Shown in pieces: positions 21,240 to 34,509 of a DNA stretch of 45,841 nt. The position numbers were made by a program, and so were the translations under genes. The stretch lies in NCBI GenBank assembly GCA_000388065.2, contig KB932203.1; one strand, 5' to 3'. The notes below the pieces were generated by a model. The model searched no databases. It had not been told where the DNA came from and saw only the letters and a list, made by a program, of their open reading frames with translations. This stretch comes from Fonticula alba ATCC 38817. Its lineage: Eukaryota; Protista; Nucleariida. The first letter of the stretch is position 1. Each line of letters begins with the position of its first letter.

Positions 21240-23913
21240 ATGGCCGAGGTGTCCGGAGCGAGGCCCACCGCGGCGCAGGCATCCCGCGCCGACCGGCCGG
21301 CCCCGCGCCGGCCCCCTCCCCGGCCGTCGACCGGCGTGCTGCTGCTCCAGGAGCGCCAGCAGCGCCAGCTGGATGTGGCCGGCCGCGCGGCCGCCCTCTC
21401 GGCCGCCCTCCGCCGTCGCGCCCAGTACATCCTCCTCCTGCCGGTCAGCCCCCTGGCCGAGGCGTCCCCGGCGCCCGACGCGCGTCAGCGCGCTCGCCAC
21501 GTCTGGCACCTGGCCCGCCAGCGCGGCCTCATCCACGGCCGGTGGGCCTCCCTCGCCGGCGATGCGCGGGCCCCAACCGCTCACGACCCCGAGCCCCGGG
21601 CCCCGGCGCCGTATGTCGTCTCCTCCGAGGCCCGCGAGCACTGCCTCATCGCCGCCCCCGGGGCCGCCAGCGATCCCGACTGGCGGTGCATCCACCAGGA
21701 CATCGGCCCGGCCTCGCCGGAGCCGGCCCCCGACTCGGCAGCCTGTCCGGCCCCCGGGCCCGATGCCATCGAGGCTGCCGCGCACCGGCTGCTCGACCAG
21801 CTGCCCGACCCGAGCACCGCCCTCCTGGTGCTGGTGGTCTGTGACTGCCATGCGTGTGCTGCCCCCGCCGACGACCCTCCCCCCAGGCCACCGGGCTGCC
21901 CCTTCGCCCGGCCAGACCAGCTCCTCCGGCTGTACGGCATCCTCAAGCGTGCGGTCGAGTGGTGGCCACATGTGGACATCCTCCTCTCCGGTGCGAACGC
22001 CCTCCTTTCTGCTCTCGCTCCCTCTTTCTGGTGTGCTCCTGTCGGCTCCTTGCACCGGGCAGCCCTCCCTGACATGGCATGCCCCCCCCCCCCCCCCCCC
22101 CCCCCCCNNNNNNNNNNNNNNNNNNNNNNNNNNNNNNNNNNNNNNNNNNNNNNNNNNNNNNNNNNNNNNNNNNNNNNNNNNNNNNNNNNNNNNNNNNNNN
22201 NNNNNNNNNNNNNNNNNNNNNNNNNNNNNNNNNNNNNNNNNNNNNNNNNNNNNNNNNNNNNNNNNNNNNNNNNNNNNNNNNNNNNNNNNNNNNNNNNNNN
22301 NNNNNNNNNNNNNNNNNNNNNNNNNNNNNNNNNNNNNNNNNNNNNNNNNNNNNNNNNNNNNNNNNNNNNNNNNNNNNNNNNNNNNNNNNNNNNNNNNNNN
22401 NNNNNNNNNNNNNNNNNNNNNNNNNNNNNNNNNNNNNNNNNNNNNNNNNNNNNNNNNNNNNNNNNNCCTCTGGCAGGAGATCTTCCGCTGCCGTGTGGCC
22501 CCGCCCCTGGCAGCCGCGGCGACCCGCCCCGGCCTCTGGATCCCGCGGCTGGCCCTCTGGCAGGGCCCCCTGCTCTTTGGGGACTCCCCCCACCCGGCCC
22601 TTTGTGCGCTCGCATCCTGTCGCCGGCATGCCCCCCGCCCTATTTCTTCCTCACCAATCGACGGCCTCCCCGCCCGCCCCCTCGCCCCTGCCTGTCCCAT
22701 CCATCGTAGTTGCCCGATGCACGGCCCGGTCGCCCGAGGCGTATCATCTTGGCCGCGCGTGGATGCACAGCCCGCTGCCCATGTGCCCGGCCACGGGGGC
22801 CCCCGCGCCCCAGCGCGCCGGCCTCTTCCGCCACGACTTGCGCATCGATCTCGACGCCTCGGGCAGTGAGCCGTCCCTCGCCAACGCCGCCATCCCCCTG
22901 GCCGACGTCCCTCTCCAGGCCCTGACCGGCCTTTCCTTCGACCTGTACATGCCCTCTCGGCCCCTGGCCTTTGTTTTTCTTTCCCCCCTCGCTTCAGTCC
23001 CCTCGAAATGTGTCTCACCCCCCCCCGCCCCCCTCCCCCTCTATAGTGTTATCCAGGCAGATGACCGCCTGGCCGGGGGGCGCCTGCTGGCATCGCTGGT
23101 CGCCGATCCGCGCCTCGGCCAGAGCACCGGCCTCCTGGCGTCGATGGTCCTCACGCCGGCCCGGGCCTTTTCCCGGAGCGCCGACTGGCCGGGCTACATC
23201 CTCCGGCCGCACCTGGCCGGGGCCCAGGCCAGCCGGCACCCGTCGGCCCCCCTCGCCGGGGCCCCGATCCACGCCGTGGCGCACTTCCTCCTGGTGGTCG
23301 CGCCGGACCCCCGGCGGCCCCCGGCCAGCGCCCCGGGGCAGCTGCACTTTTCCCTGCACCTGCTCGCGGCCCCGGGCAATGCGCCCTCTGCCGACCCGGT
23401 GCCCGCGGTGGAGATCCCCGCCTCCGGGCTCGGCATGTGGGACCCCCGGCGGGCCTTCGTCAGCGGGGCCGCCGGCTTCGCCGATTGGTCCCTGGCCGCC
23501 AGCTTGCAAAAGGTCCCCCGCCAGGCCGGCCGGCCGCCCCCCCCGGCTGCCTGTTCCCCCCCCCTGGTTTTGGATTACTCGGCCTTCAAGGCCCCCGGCG
23601 GGCCGCTGGTCACTGGCCCCATGCTCGCGGCCTTCCGCGCCACGGCCGACCTCCAGGCCGCCGAAGCCCACGAGCTGCCCCCTTCACACCCATACTGCCC
23701 GCCGCCGCCGCCGCCGCCGCCGCCGCGTCACCTGTCCAATGGCACCCCGGCCGACGTGCGCTTCGAGTCGGCCGGGCTCATCATCCCCTGCCTGACGGCC
23801 GGGGCCCTGCTCGGCCGTGTGCATCACCGCGAGTGGCGTCTCCGCCGCGAGCTCGCCCGCCGCACCGACCCCGTGCGCATGACCCCTCCGCCCCCTCCCC
23901 CGATCGCCGACGC

Positions 23914-23979
<66 letters not shown>

Positions 23980-25518
23980 CCCCCCTAACCTGTCCGGGTC
24001 CCAGTCCGCCCATCGACACTTGGACGAGCAGCTGGCCGATGCTCGCGGCCACCCGACGCCCGTCCTGGTCTCGGGCCCGGCTTCCGCGGCCTCGGAGCGC
24101 CCCCGGCCGCCCTTCCACCTGCCGACCCCGGCCGTCACCCCCTCCACCACCCGGCCCGCCCCATACGTCAGCCAGCTTGTTTCACAGGACGTCCTCGTGC
24201 ACCCGGGGCTCACCCCGCAGCAGGGTATGCATCCCTCCTCGGCCCCTCCTCGCCATGCCCTCCCTCTGCCCTGTGCCCGGTTCATCTCTCTTTCTCTCTC
24301 CCCCCCCCCTCTCTCTCTCTCTCGCGGCGTGCTGACTCACTCCCCCTCCCCGCTTTCTTGCTGCCTCTCCCCCTTTCGCCAGGTTTGGGCTCCTCTTGGG
24401 AGGACTGGCGCGCGCGGCTGGTCCTCGCGGCCAAGCTCTCGGCCCCAGCCCCACCGCACGCCGTCGGCGGCCCCGCCACGGCCCCGGCCCTGGCCTCGGC
24501 CCTGCCCCTGCCCAGCCTGCTGGTGGATCCACTCCTCCCGCCGTACAGCCCCCATCAAACCCTCGGGCTGGAGCCCTCCACCGACTGCCAAGAGCGCGAT
24601 GCGGACTTCCGGCGCATCTGCCAGGCGCACCTGGCCGACGAATTCGCCTCATTGCATGAGCCGCCTCGCCAGGCGGCCGGCCTGCCGACGGACCCCCTCC
24701 TGGCCGAGATGCTCGCGTGCCTCCATACCCCGATCACCAGTCCCCCCTCGGTGGCCAGTCCTGATGATGTGCCGGCCTCTCGGTCGCCCTGCCCGCCGGG
24801 GGACCTTCCTGCCTCGCCCTCCTCGGACCCCAGGCTGGCCCTGGGCATATCCCTGCCCCGGTCCGACTCGCCGCCCTCCTCCTTCGGCGTGGGTCCTCCC
24901 CCGGGGCGGGAGGCGATGCCGCCGCCCGTGCCGCCCCCCGTGCCGCCGCCCTCGGCTGCCCCCCGGCCCCGACGCCCGGCCCCGGGCAAGGCCCTTGCCC
25001 GCAACAAGACCGTGCGCCCTCTACACGCCCATGCTCCAAGCCCCGCCGCCCCACGTGCGCCCATTGTGTGGTGCATTTTCTGATCCCCTTCCCCCCCCCC
25101 TCCCCTGCTCGATGCCCCAAGGCAATCAAGGTGGCCATCACCCGGCTCCTGGCTCGGCATGGCGTGGCCTCCGGACACTCGCTCCTGGACACCCTCCGGC
25201 GCTTGCTCTACAAGCGGTCGACGCTGCTCCTGGTGCGCCGCCCCCCCCCCCTATGTGCCTTGCCACAAGGCCCCCCGTCCCCCTGCTTTGTCCCCCATCC
25301 TGCCGATAACCTAACGCGAGGAGCGCCGCTCTGTGCAGGCTGCCGAGCTCCGCAAGGACGCGCCCATTTCCAAAGTTCACATTGAGGCCATGCTCGAGTT
25401 GGATGAACCCCTCGTCGAGCGCATGCTGGCCACAGGCGGCGCCGCGGGGCCCGATGATCCGGATCCCCACGCCGCGGATGCCAGCCCACCATCCTCCCCT
25501 CGGGCCGATTGCCGATAG
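21240..25518 (+). CDS. MTBP: Probable MTBP/Sld7-family replication origin-firing factor, multi-exon, one gap inside
   Basis: Ordered matches to recalled human MTBP: QYILLLP~RYLLLV, RHVWHLARQR~ANVYHLLKRS, DWRCIHQD~DWQEIHFD, AAHRLLDQLPDPSTALL~AENLHQLSDKLPAPGRAMV, LYGILKRAVEWW~TVGALKHLREWY, LWQGPL~LWRGKI, IPLADVP~IKLSDLP, and a C-terminal AIKVAITRLLARHGV~ILKEVVTETLKKHSI. Clear GT-AG introns at 23873-24004, 24224-24382, 25012-25121, 25233-25338. Confidence 0.72.
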
Positions 25519-27508
25519 CCGGCCGTGAGGGTGCCCCGCCTCTCCCCCACGCTCCCCCTGGCAATAGCCAGCCTGCCAACCGGCGTTCTTGGCAGCCCCC
25601 ATGCGGCGTGCCCTCCCCTCTTGCATCCTGTGCCGCCGGCTGGTCGAAAGTGCCATGTCCCTCCTTTCGCGCGAGCGCGCCCGTCCAATCCTTTCTCTCC
25701 TCGGCAGACCAGCGCCCGAGTGGGGAGCTGGGGAACTTTCCGGACCCCCACCCCCCCCCCCCCCCCCCCCCCCCGGGTGTCCAAGCCAGAGGGGCGACAT
25801 GCAGACACACATACAAACAGCATGGCAACAATACAGGGCCGGTGATCGGGTTTGGCGAGCTCCCGGGGCACATTGTGGGCGCGGTCCGTCGCGCAGCCAC
25901 AAAGGGGAGGTTAACTCAGATGGGATTCTGGTCCGGGCAGATCAGCACGCGTGAAGTATAGGAGAATGGAGCATGATGGTATGTCAGAACCCCGAGGAAG
26001 ATCACGGGCTGTGGAGGAGCCGCAACAACGCGCCCCCCAGAGCCCACAACCAAGTGAGTGCACTTCGCCACTCGCTCTGAAGACGGCCCCCGGGTGTACA
26101 TGCTATTGGCCACACTCCTATCTTCCAGCGCCTTTCCACCGCTCGAGACAGCCCCCCCACCCGCAGTGCTCGCCAGCCGGGGTTGAACCACCGCCGGTGC
26201 CCCACCCCCGGGGACGTTCGTGTCCCCTCGCCAGACATCCCGCATTGTTGCGGCCAATCGCAAGGGGAAGTCCGCGCCCCTCACCCGGGAGAAGGCTCAG
26301 CGCCGGAGCCCAGTTGAGACAACCGGCCACTGTTCGGGTCCAGGTGTGTTGTGCTATCTCCCCCCCCCTCTCCCCATCCCCAGCTCATCTTTCAGCACCG
26401 GCCCTGGCACACGGATTCGGCCAGCAGTCAGCGGGCTATGCCGGTCACTGCCAGCCATTCGCCATCTCCGCGATGCCGCCCTGGCCTGCCGGGCCGGCCA
26501 ACCGTTGCCTTTCCCGCGAAGACAGCCCCTCTCTCGCCCGGTCGGAATGTCTCGCGCCCGCTGGGCCCACGCGCCGGACACGACTCCCGCCTTGGGAGCC
26601 GGAGTCCTGAGGCGTGTCACATCACATGACAGCCCAAGCACCAAGCTCCCTCCATGCGTCACGATGACCGAGGGCGCGCATCACGCGCGGTCCATCGGCA
26701 GCAGTGGGGCCGACTGCGCTCCTAAGATCCGGGATCACGCCACCGCGGACATTCGTTGGACACTTGCAACCGATCCGGGCCCCTTTTGGTTGCAGAGCCG
26801 ACCCGCCCCGGCAGGCGAGCACCTCATCCCGCGGCCGGGCCCGCCGCACGGGACGGCCTCGCGCCGCGGCCTGCGCGGCAGCAGGGACAAGTGTGACGGA
26901 GATCTCCGGCGCATGTTTGGATGTTGCGCTGGCCCGCCTCCCGGGCCGGAGCGGAGGGACATGCATTCCCGGGCCTCGGGGGGGCGGCTGGAAAAGCCCG
27001 GAGCGGCCGGCGGTCTCGCGCACCCTCGGCTAACACGGCCGGGNNNNNNNNNNNNNNNNNNNNNNNNNNNNNNNNNNNNNNNNNNNNNNNNNNNNNNNNN
27101 NNNNNNNNNNNNNNNNNNNNNNNNNNNNNNNNNNNNNNNNNNNNNNNNNNNNNNNNNNNNNNNNNNNNNNNNNNNNNNNNNNNNNNNNNNNNNNNNNNNN
27201 NNNNNNNNNNNNNNNNNNNNNNNNNNNNNNNNNNNNNNNNNNNNNNNNNNNNNNNNNNNNNNNNNNNNNNNCCCCCGACCGCCGTTCCGCCCTCCCCCTC
27301 CCTTCCCCTCTCCTTTGTCGCTGCCAAGAGGTGATCCGTGACATTGATTGTACGCGCTCCCACCGACGCTCCCCCCCCCATTCTCCCATCGTCTTTTCCA
27401 TGTGCCTCCCTGCTCACCGCCCCTCCTCGCCCCTGGGTCTCTCGCCCGGCGCATTCCGGCCCCCCGCTCAGGCCACGTGTCTGCGCCGCCCCTCGCTCCC
27501 TCAGTGAC

Positions 27509-30051
27509 ATGCCAAGCACCTTCCCCGACTTCGTCTCGTCCTCAGCATCCCCCGAGACCGGTTCCTCCTCCTCCTCCTCCCTGACGATGGCCCCCCCCGC
27601 CGCCAAGGAGATCGCCGACCCCGCTGCTCTTGCCGCTGACGTCGACGCCGAAGCCGCTCTCGCTGCCGCTGCCGCGGCCGACGCGGACCCGGCCGCCCCG
27701 GAGGCCGAGCAATCGCCCGCCGGCGGCCCGGCCCCCCCCGAGCCAGGCGCTTCTGCCACTCCGTCCCCCCCTCCCGTGTGTGCGGTCGACCACCCCGAGG
27801 TCTCCCCTCAGCCGGACCGGTGCTCGCCCCCGCCGGAGCCCGTCTCCCCCGCGGAGCAGCCGGAGGAGGCGAAGCAGCCCGGGCAGCCGGAGAAGGCTGC
27901 CCAGTCGGAGAAGGCTGCCCGCCGGCAGCAGCAGCAGCAATCGCAATCGCAGCAACAGCCCCGACGCCAGCGCCAGCGCACGGGCCAAGCCCCGGCCGCC
28001 GACGAGCCGGACACCGCTCCCGGCGCGCAAAAGTACTTCATCGGCCAGGTCCCACGCAGCCTGGACAGCCGCGGCCTGATGGCTGCCCTGTCGCAGGAGC
28101 TTCGTGCGGTCGGGGCCCCGGAAATTGGCCAGCGCATCGTCGACGCGACCATCGTCCGCGATCGGGTCACCGGCAACCACCGCGGTACGCTCGCGCCGGC
28201 CCGCTCCATGCCCCTTCCCCTGCTCCGCTCGCGTCGGCCCTGTCTGCTGTCCCTCCCCGATGTGCCCGACTCACTCCTCGGTCCACCTGAACCCCCCNNN
28301 NNNNNNNNNNNNNNNNNNNNNNNNNNNNNNNNNNNNNNNNNNNNNNNNNNNNNNNNNNNNNNNNNNNNNNNNNNNNNNNNNNNNNNNNNNNNNNNNNNNN
28401 NNNNNNNNNNNNNNNNNCTCCCCCTCCCCCTCCCCCTCCACTCACGCACCTCCAAAGACAACGCGGCTACCAAGCTCTTCATCGGTCAACTCCCCCGGAC
28501 CCCCTACCCTTCGACGCCGCCCTGCTCGCTGACCGTGGCCCTGCGAGCCCTCTTCACCACGCACGGCGGCGAAACCCCGCAGGATGTCATCGTCATGCGG
28601 ACCGTGCACAATCCCTCCCTGCCGCAGGACGCCCCGGATGCCCAGCGCAACGGCCTCGGTCGGGGGTGCGCCTTCGTGGTGATGGCCTCCACCGAGGGCG
28701 CCAACCGGGCCATCAAGGCCCTCAACGGGACCATGCTCCCGGCGGCTCTCTTCGGCCAGGATGCCCTGGACGTGGTCAACCGCGACCGGGCCAGCCGTGC
28801 TGAGGATGCCGACCAGGAGCCCCTCGTCGGGCCGTTGGTGGTCAATTTCGCCGCCAGCCACCAGCCCCGGTCGGCAGGCCGGCACCAAGCCCCGGCCGGG
28901 TCCCAGCACCACCCGGCTCCCGGCTCCTCCGGCGGGGCCTACCATCATCACCATCATCATCAGGGCTCCGCCGGCCCCGGTGGCGGCAACTACCACCATG
29001 CATACCAGCACCACTCGTCGCAGCATGCCCCCGGGCGTGGTCATCACCACCATGGCCACTACGGCGGCTCCGGCGGTGGGCCATCCTTCCGCGGGGCGCC
29101 CTACCGCGGGGTGTCTGGCCCCGGGAGACACTCGCAGCGTGGCGGCCCTCGCGGCGGCGGCGGCGGCGGCAACACTGCCGGTGCTCCTGGCGGTGCCCAT
29201 CCCCATGGGCCCTCCTCCAGCAACTATCACTCCCCCTCGCCCCCGCCCTCGGCCACCGACGGGGGGTATTACGGTCCTGGGGCCGGGTATGACCCGGCCA
29301 CCGCCGATGGACAGTACCAGCCACAGGCTGCCCCCTCTTCGCGCCGGGGCGACTCGGCGGCGTATGCCGGCGGTTCGGGCCCCCGGCGGGGGAGTTTCTC
29401 TTCCGGCGGCGCCTGGCGTGCCGGCGGCGGCGGCGCCCATGCATACGATCACCCCCCCGCTTCGGGCGCCAGTGGCTACCAGTCCTCGGGCGACCCGGCG
29501 TATCATGGCGGCGACCCGCGCTACAGCGGCCCCGGCTCTGGCCAGTATGTTTGTTCTTCCCTCTCTCCGCCTTCCTCTCGGCATGCTGCCTCCTCCTCCC
29601 GCCCCCCCATCCACTCACCACCACTGCCACCCCTTTCCCCCTTCCTCCCAGGTACCACGGAGCCATGGGCGGCTCGGCGGCCGGGCCCGCCTCCAGCGGC
29701 ACCTATGCCCCGGCATACCACCACGACCACCACGCCGGCCCCTCCTCGCACTACGGGCACAGCCAGCACCATGGGGCTGGGCCCGCCGCTTCGGGAGGCG
29801 GCCCGCCGATGGCCCCATCGGCCGGGCACCATTCCCTGTCATCCTCCGGCCATCACGCCCATCGTGGTGGCGGCCCGGGCGGGCAGCAGCCGCCCCCCGG
29901 CGGACCCGTCCCCGCCGCAGGTTCATACCCTGGCTACGCTTCACACCACCACTCGGTGTCGGGGCCATCATCCACCGCGGCCTCCGGCGCCTCGACCTAC
30001 GACCACCACCCCTCGCACCACTCTCACCACTCGGCCGACCTTTACCGGTAA
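27509..30051 (+). CDS. CELF/Bruno-like RRM RNA-binding protein with a long Gly/His/Tyr/Ser low-complexity tail
   Basis: RRM1 start KYFIGQVPR...IVRDRVTGNHRG and RRM2 KLFIGQLPR...GRGCAFVVM...AIKALNGTM...PLVVNFAA. Donor at 28185, gap 28298-28417, intron 29545-29651. Confidence 0.82.
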
Positions 30052-31298
30052 GGCCCGGTGGTTTTACCGCCAGCCGGCNNNNNNNNNNNNNNNNNNNNNN
30101 NNNNNNNNNNNNNNNNNNNNNNNNNNNNNNNNNNNNNNNNNNNNNNNNNNNNNNNNNNNNNNNNNNNNNNNNNNNNNNNNNNNNNNNNNNNNNNNNNNNN
30201 NNNNNNNNNNNNNNNNNNNNNNNNNNNNNNNNNNNNNNNNNNNNNNNNNNNNNNNNNNNNNNNNNNNNNNNNNNNNNNNNNNNNNNNNNNNNNNNNNNNN
30301 NNNNNNNNNNNNNNNNNNNNNNNNNNNNNNNNNNNNNNNNNNNNNNNNNNNNNNNNNNNNNNNNNNNNNNNNNNNNNNNNNNNNNNNNNNNNNNNNNNNN
30401 NNNNNNNNNNNNNNNNNNNNNNNNNNNNNNNNNNNNNNNNNNNNNNNNNNNNNNNNNNNNNNNNNNNNNNNNNNNNNNNNNNNNNNNNNNNNNNNNNNNN
30501 NNNNNNNNNNNNNNNNNNNNNNNNNNNNNNNNNNNNNNNNNNNNNNNNNNNNNNNNNNNNNNNNNNNNNNNNNNNNNNNNNNNNNNNNNNNNNNNNNNNN
30601 NNNNNNNNNNNNNNNNNNNNNNNNNNNNNNNNNNNNNNNNNNNNNNNNNNNNNNNNNNNNNNNNNNNNNNNNNNNNNNNNNNNNNNNNNNNNNNNNNNNN
30701 NNNNNNNNNNNNNNNNNNNNNNNNNNNNNNNNNNNNNNNNNNNNNNNNNNNNNNNNNNNNNNNNNNNNNNNNNNNNNNNNNNNNNNNNNNNNNNNNNNNN
30801 NNNNNNNNNNNNNNNNNNNNNNNNNNNNNNNNNNNNNNNNNNNNNNNNNNNNNNNNNNNNNNNNNNNNNNNNNNNNNNNNNNNNNNNNNNNNNNNNNNNN
30901 NNNNNNNNNNNNNNNNNNAATATCATTGTGCCCCAGCCTGGTTGTGTTTGAATTGCTCCGTTTTTCTCTCCCCCCTCCCCCACCGCCTTGTTGCTCTCTG
31001 TGCTCTGTGTGTATGTCCTGCGCTCTGCTCCCCCTTTCAGACCATTCCAGTGGTTCCCATGTCGCCGCCCTCCTCCCCCCTCCTCCCCCCTGCGCGCCTG
31101 GCTCGGTGAAGCTTCCACCGGCTCACGCAATCCTTGGTTGAATAATTGAAGTTGTTGAAGATCGCCAGGGGATGCACGCGCAAGCGCGCATGCGAATAAT
31201 ATACAAGTGCGGCCATCCAGCCGCGAGCCGCCCGGCGAGCAAGTCCACCAGCCGGGCCGAGCGACAAGCCCCGCCTCGGCCAAATCAACCCCCGGTCG

Positions 31299-34200
31299 CT
31301 ACCCGTCGGAGAAGAGTGCCGCAAAGAGCGCTCGGCTGACCGCCGGGCCAATCCGCCGGCCGGTTCGCTCCACGCGAATGCCCTCCACCAGCCGCCGCCG
31401 CGCATTATCATCATCTAGTGCGGCATACGCGCGGTAGAGGCTACATCCGGCCCATCCACATCCACACAAATACCATCACACAGATGGGCTCAGTCAGTGC
31501 CTCCACTCGCGGGAGAGCCATGCACGGCCGCCGGTGAGCACCCAAAAGGATCACGCACTCAAAGAGGGTCGGATACTCCTGCGCAATGGCCAGCGCCATG
31601 TCCGGCCCGAGGCTCTTCACCTGGACCAACTGCTTCAGGTAAAGTTCGCCCACTGTCTGCAGCTGGCTCTTGGTGTTGATTTCCCCGAATAGACGGTAGG
31701 TCAGCAGAATGCGCGAGAGGCGGGGAACCGGACCGGGCGCCGGGCCCCGCGCGGGGGGGCCCTCTCGCAGCTCCCGCGACAGGGCATGCCGCACATCGGC
31801 AATGTCTCGCGCCGAATACACCACCGGCATCTGGTCCAGGGCCACCAACTCGCGGCCCTGCACCCGCATGGGCGTGCCCCGTCCCCACCGTGGAGGGCAG
31901 GTCGTACGTCAGAATCAGCGGCCGGAGGGGCGAGGGGCGAGCGAGAAAAAAAGAAGGAAAGAAGGACTCAGCGGCCTCTGCCGCCCGGCGGTCCCCCATA
32001 CCAGATACAGCTTTCCAAGGTAAGTGGTCAGGTGTTCCAGCAGCTCGATCGTGTCGTCCAGCCCAGTGGTATTCCGCAGGAAGAAGTGATTATCGGTCTG
32101 AGACCGGAGGGCCACATTGCCGGCCGCCGGGCACGGGCAGGCGCAGCAAGCCCGGCGGTCAGTCATGGCCACACGCAGACACACACACACACACACACGC
32201 GCGACAAAAAAGGAGAACACCGCCCAGGCGCACGGGCCACATACCTGCGTGTGCAGAGCCGCCGATTCGAGCCGGCTGCGCTCAGCCTCGAACATGACCG
32301 ACCCCGAGGAGGTATGGTCCTCGACGATGTAAAACACCAAATCCATGCCGGACAATTGGAGCCGGTGCTAAATGCACTCGATCGAGCCCCCCATGACAGG
32401 ACAGAGCCGGGTGAGAAAAGAGGACCACACGGCAGGAAAGGGCCCCCGCCCCCCTCCCAACAGCAGAGGTACCCCCCCTCCCCTCACCCCCTGGCGACCT
32501 GGCACATACCTTCTGCTCGCGATACCGCCGGTCCTTGATGCTGGCCGCCAAATCGTCGAGGCGCTTGCGCTCGGCCACCACGCCCAGCATGACCTCCGCT
32601 GGGCATGAGCACCAGACACAAGGTCCATCGCCAAGTCAGTACCGGCGCGAGCGTGGAAGAGAGAACCACGCCCGGGCTGGTGGCGCCCCCCCGGCCGGCC
32701 GTACCATGTGTCGAGGGATCGCGCGCTACCCAGGTGATGTCGCCCACCGACAGGGGCCGGGTGTCCACGGCGTAGCCCTTGCCGGACAGCTGCCCCTGGA
32801 TGTAGTCGCGGTCACTTCGCCCGCGCACCTCCCGCGAATCCAGCAGCATCATGATCTCGAAGGTGCCCGGGTGCATGGTGATGGTCTGGCCGAGGGACGA
32901 GGGGAAGATGGTCAGTGGACCTCCCGGCCGGGGAGCCGCGCCAAGGCAGGCTCCGTGCATGGCGCGAAAGGGCCCCCCTTCGGGCCCGCGAGAAGGGGGC
33001 GTACTCGAATCTCCGGGTGCGAAAGGGAGAGCTCGGAAATCGGCACGGCAGCCGGCATGGCGGCAGCGCCGGCAACGCCCGCGGCAGCAGCAGGGCCAGC
33101 CGCGGCGGCAGGGGCCTGTGTGTCGGCGGCGGCGGCCGGGACCTCGTCGTCCGGTCGGGCGAATCCCGGCGGCAGGCCGGCCGTCGTGCAAAGCACATGC
33201 GCCAGTTCGGTGCCCTCGCTATTCAAGTGATACCGATTGGGCTCCGAGGATCTGGGCACCCGTCTGTCAGTACAAGCATCCCCGGAGGGAGGGCCACGCG
33301 GATGCCCCAATGCCCCCCCCCCCCTCCCCGGGCGCGCCGAGCATGGCACCTTGCCGACGCACCGCGAAACAAGCCCCCGCTTGATGAGCCCGGTCATGGC
33401 CGAGAAGGAGGAGCTCAAAACCAGGGTCCCGGACAGGTCCACCTGCTGATTGGCCGCCAGCAGGCGCATGCACACTTCCGCCTGCGAGGGTGGCCAGGCC
33501 GGCGCGCGCACGACCGCGCGTTAGACCAGGCAGCCCTCCGCAGGGTGGAGAAACGGGGCGACGTGGAAGGGGGCAAGAAAAATGCAAAAGGAAAAGCCAG
33601 TCACCCACCTCCGAAATGATGGCCTCGCGTGTGTGGATGTGATTTCGGAAGTTGCCGACATAGCCCCCCCCGGCGGCCGGGGCCCCCGGGCCGGCGCCCG
33701 GCGAGTCGCCACCCTCGGCGTCAACTTCCGGCCGCCAGGGGACGAAGGCCGCCCGGGAGGTCGCCTCATCCAAGCGCAGGAGGCTGGTCAGGATGGAGAA
33801 CGGAACGCTGCCCGGGGCCGGGGCATACATGCGGGTGGATTTCTTCCGGGACTTGCCCCCGGGGGCAGCCTTTGCCGGGGCCACCGCCGTGGGGGCCGGC
33901 TCCTGGCTGGCCGCCGGGGCCGCGGGCTGAACCCCAGGCAGGCCCAGTGACCCGAGCGGAGCCAGCACATCGGCCACACGGTGCAGGGCCAACTCCGGCG
34001 GCCCGTGATCGCGGGTGTAGGCAGCCAATGCCCGGTCCAGGGTTTGGGCGATCCCCCGGCCAACGCCCTCCAGGATCAGGCACGACGTGCCGTCCGGCAG
34101 CACCAGCGGATAGCGCTGGAGGCTGCGAATGGCCTGCCATGCACGAAGGCAGACCAAGGCCAGGTCATGGACACGGGGCCGAGGGAGGAGGCATGCACAA

Positions 34201-34509
34201 GGGCCAGACGCCGGCCAGCTGGTGAGCTCCCTGGCAGAAAGGGCCGCACAACCGGGGGGGAAAAAAAAAAGAAGAGGGAAGCACCCGACGCAAGCATACC
34301 TTGCGGTAGGTGAACCGCGCCTGGCTCGACCGATGGATGGCATCGGACTCGATGCGCTGGAGGGTTTCCAGAAAGAGGCTGTTCGGGAAGGGCAGTTCCG
34401 CCGGCTGGGGCGCCGAGGGGGGACCATCCGCCGGCCGCGGGCGCTTGGCCGGCCGCGGCGCACCAGACTGCCCGGAGGGAGGGCCCGAGCCCGGCGGACC
34501 ACCAGACAT
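31299..34509 (-). CDS. MUS81: Structure-specific endonuclease MUS81, multi-exon
   Basis: N-terminal HhH (NSLFLETL...RFTYRKAIRSLQRYPLVL...GVG), winged helix, ERCC4 domain (LLDSRE...LSVGDITW...ERKRLDDLAASIKDRRYREQK), C-terminal HhH2 (LVQVKSLGPDMA...RRIGPAVSRAL). Spliced ends checked for frame. Confidence 0.95.

Noticed and set aside
19576-22869. 1,097-aa ORF and other long ORFs crossing N runs
   Set aside because: Open only because N codons contain no stops.
23916-23978. 63-nt C run as coding poly-Pro or a phase-variation switch in MTBP
   Set aside because: It lies in an apparent 132-nt intron (GTGCGC donor 23873, CTAAC branch, CAG acceptor 24004).
25916-26284. Minus ORF with PVIFLGVL (RT motif-like) and CTHLVV (BRCT-like)
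   Set aside because: Isolated short matches with no ordered supporting motifs.
21240-34509. MTBP and MUS81 as a replication/repair gene cluster
   Set aside because: Only two genes, separated by an unrelated one and on opposite strands, which is compatible with chance.
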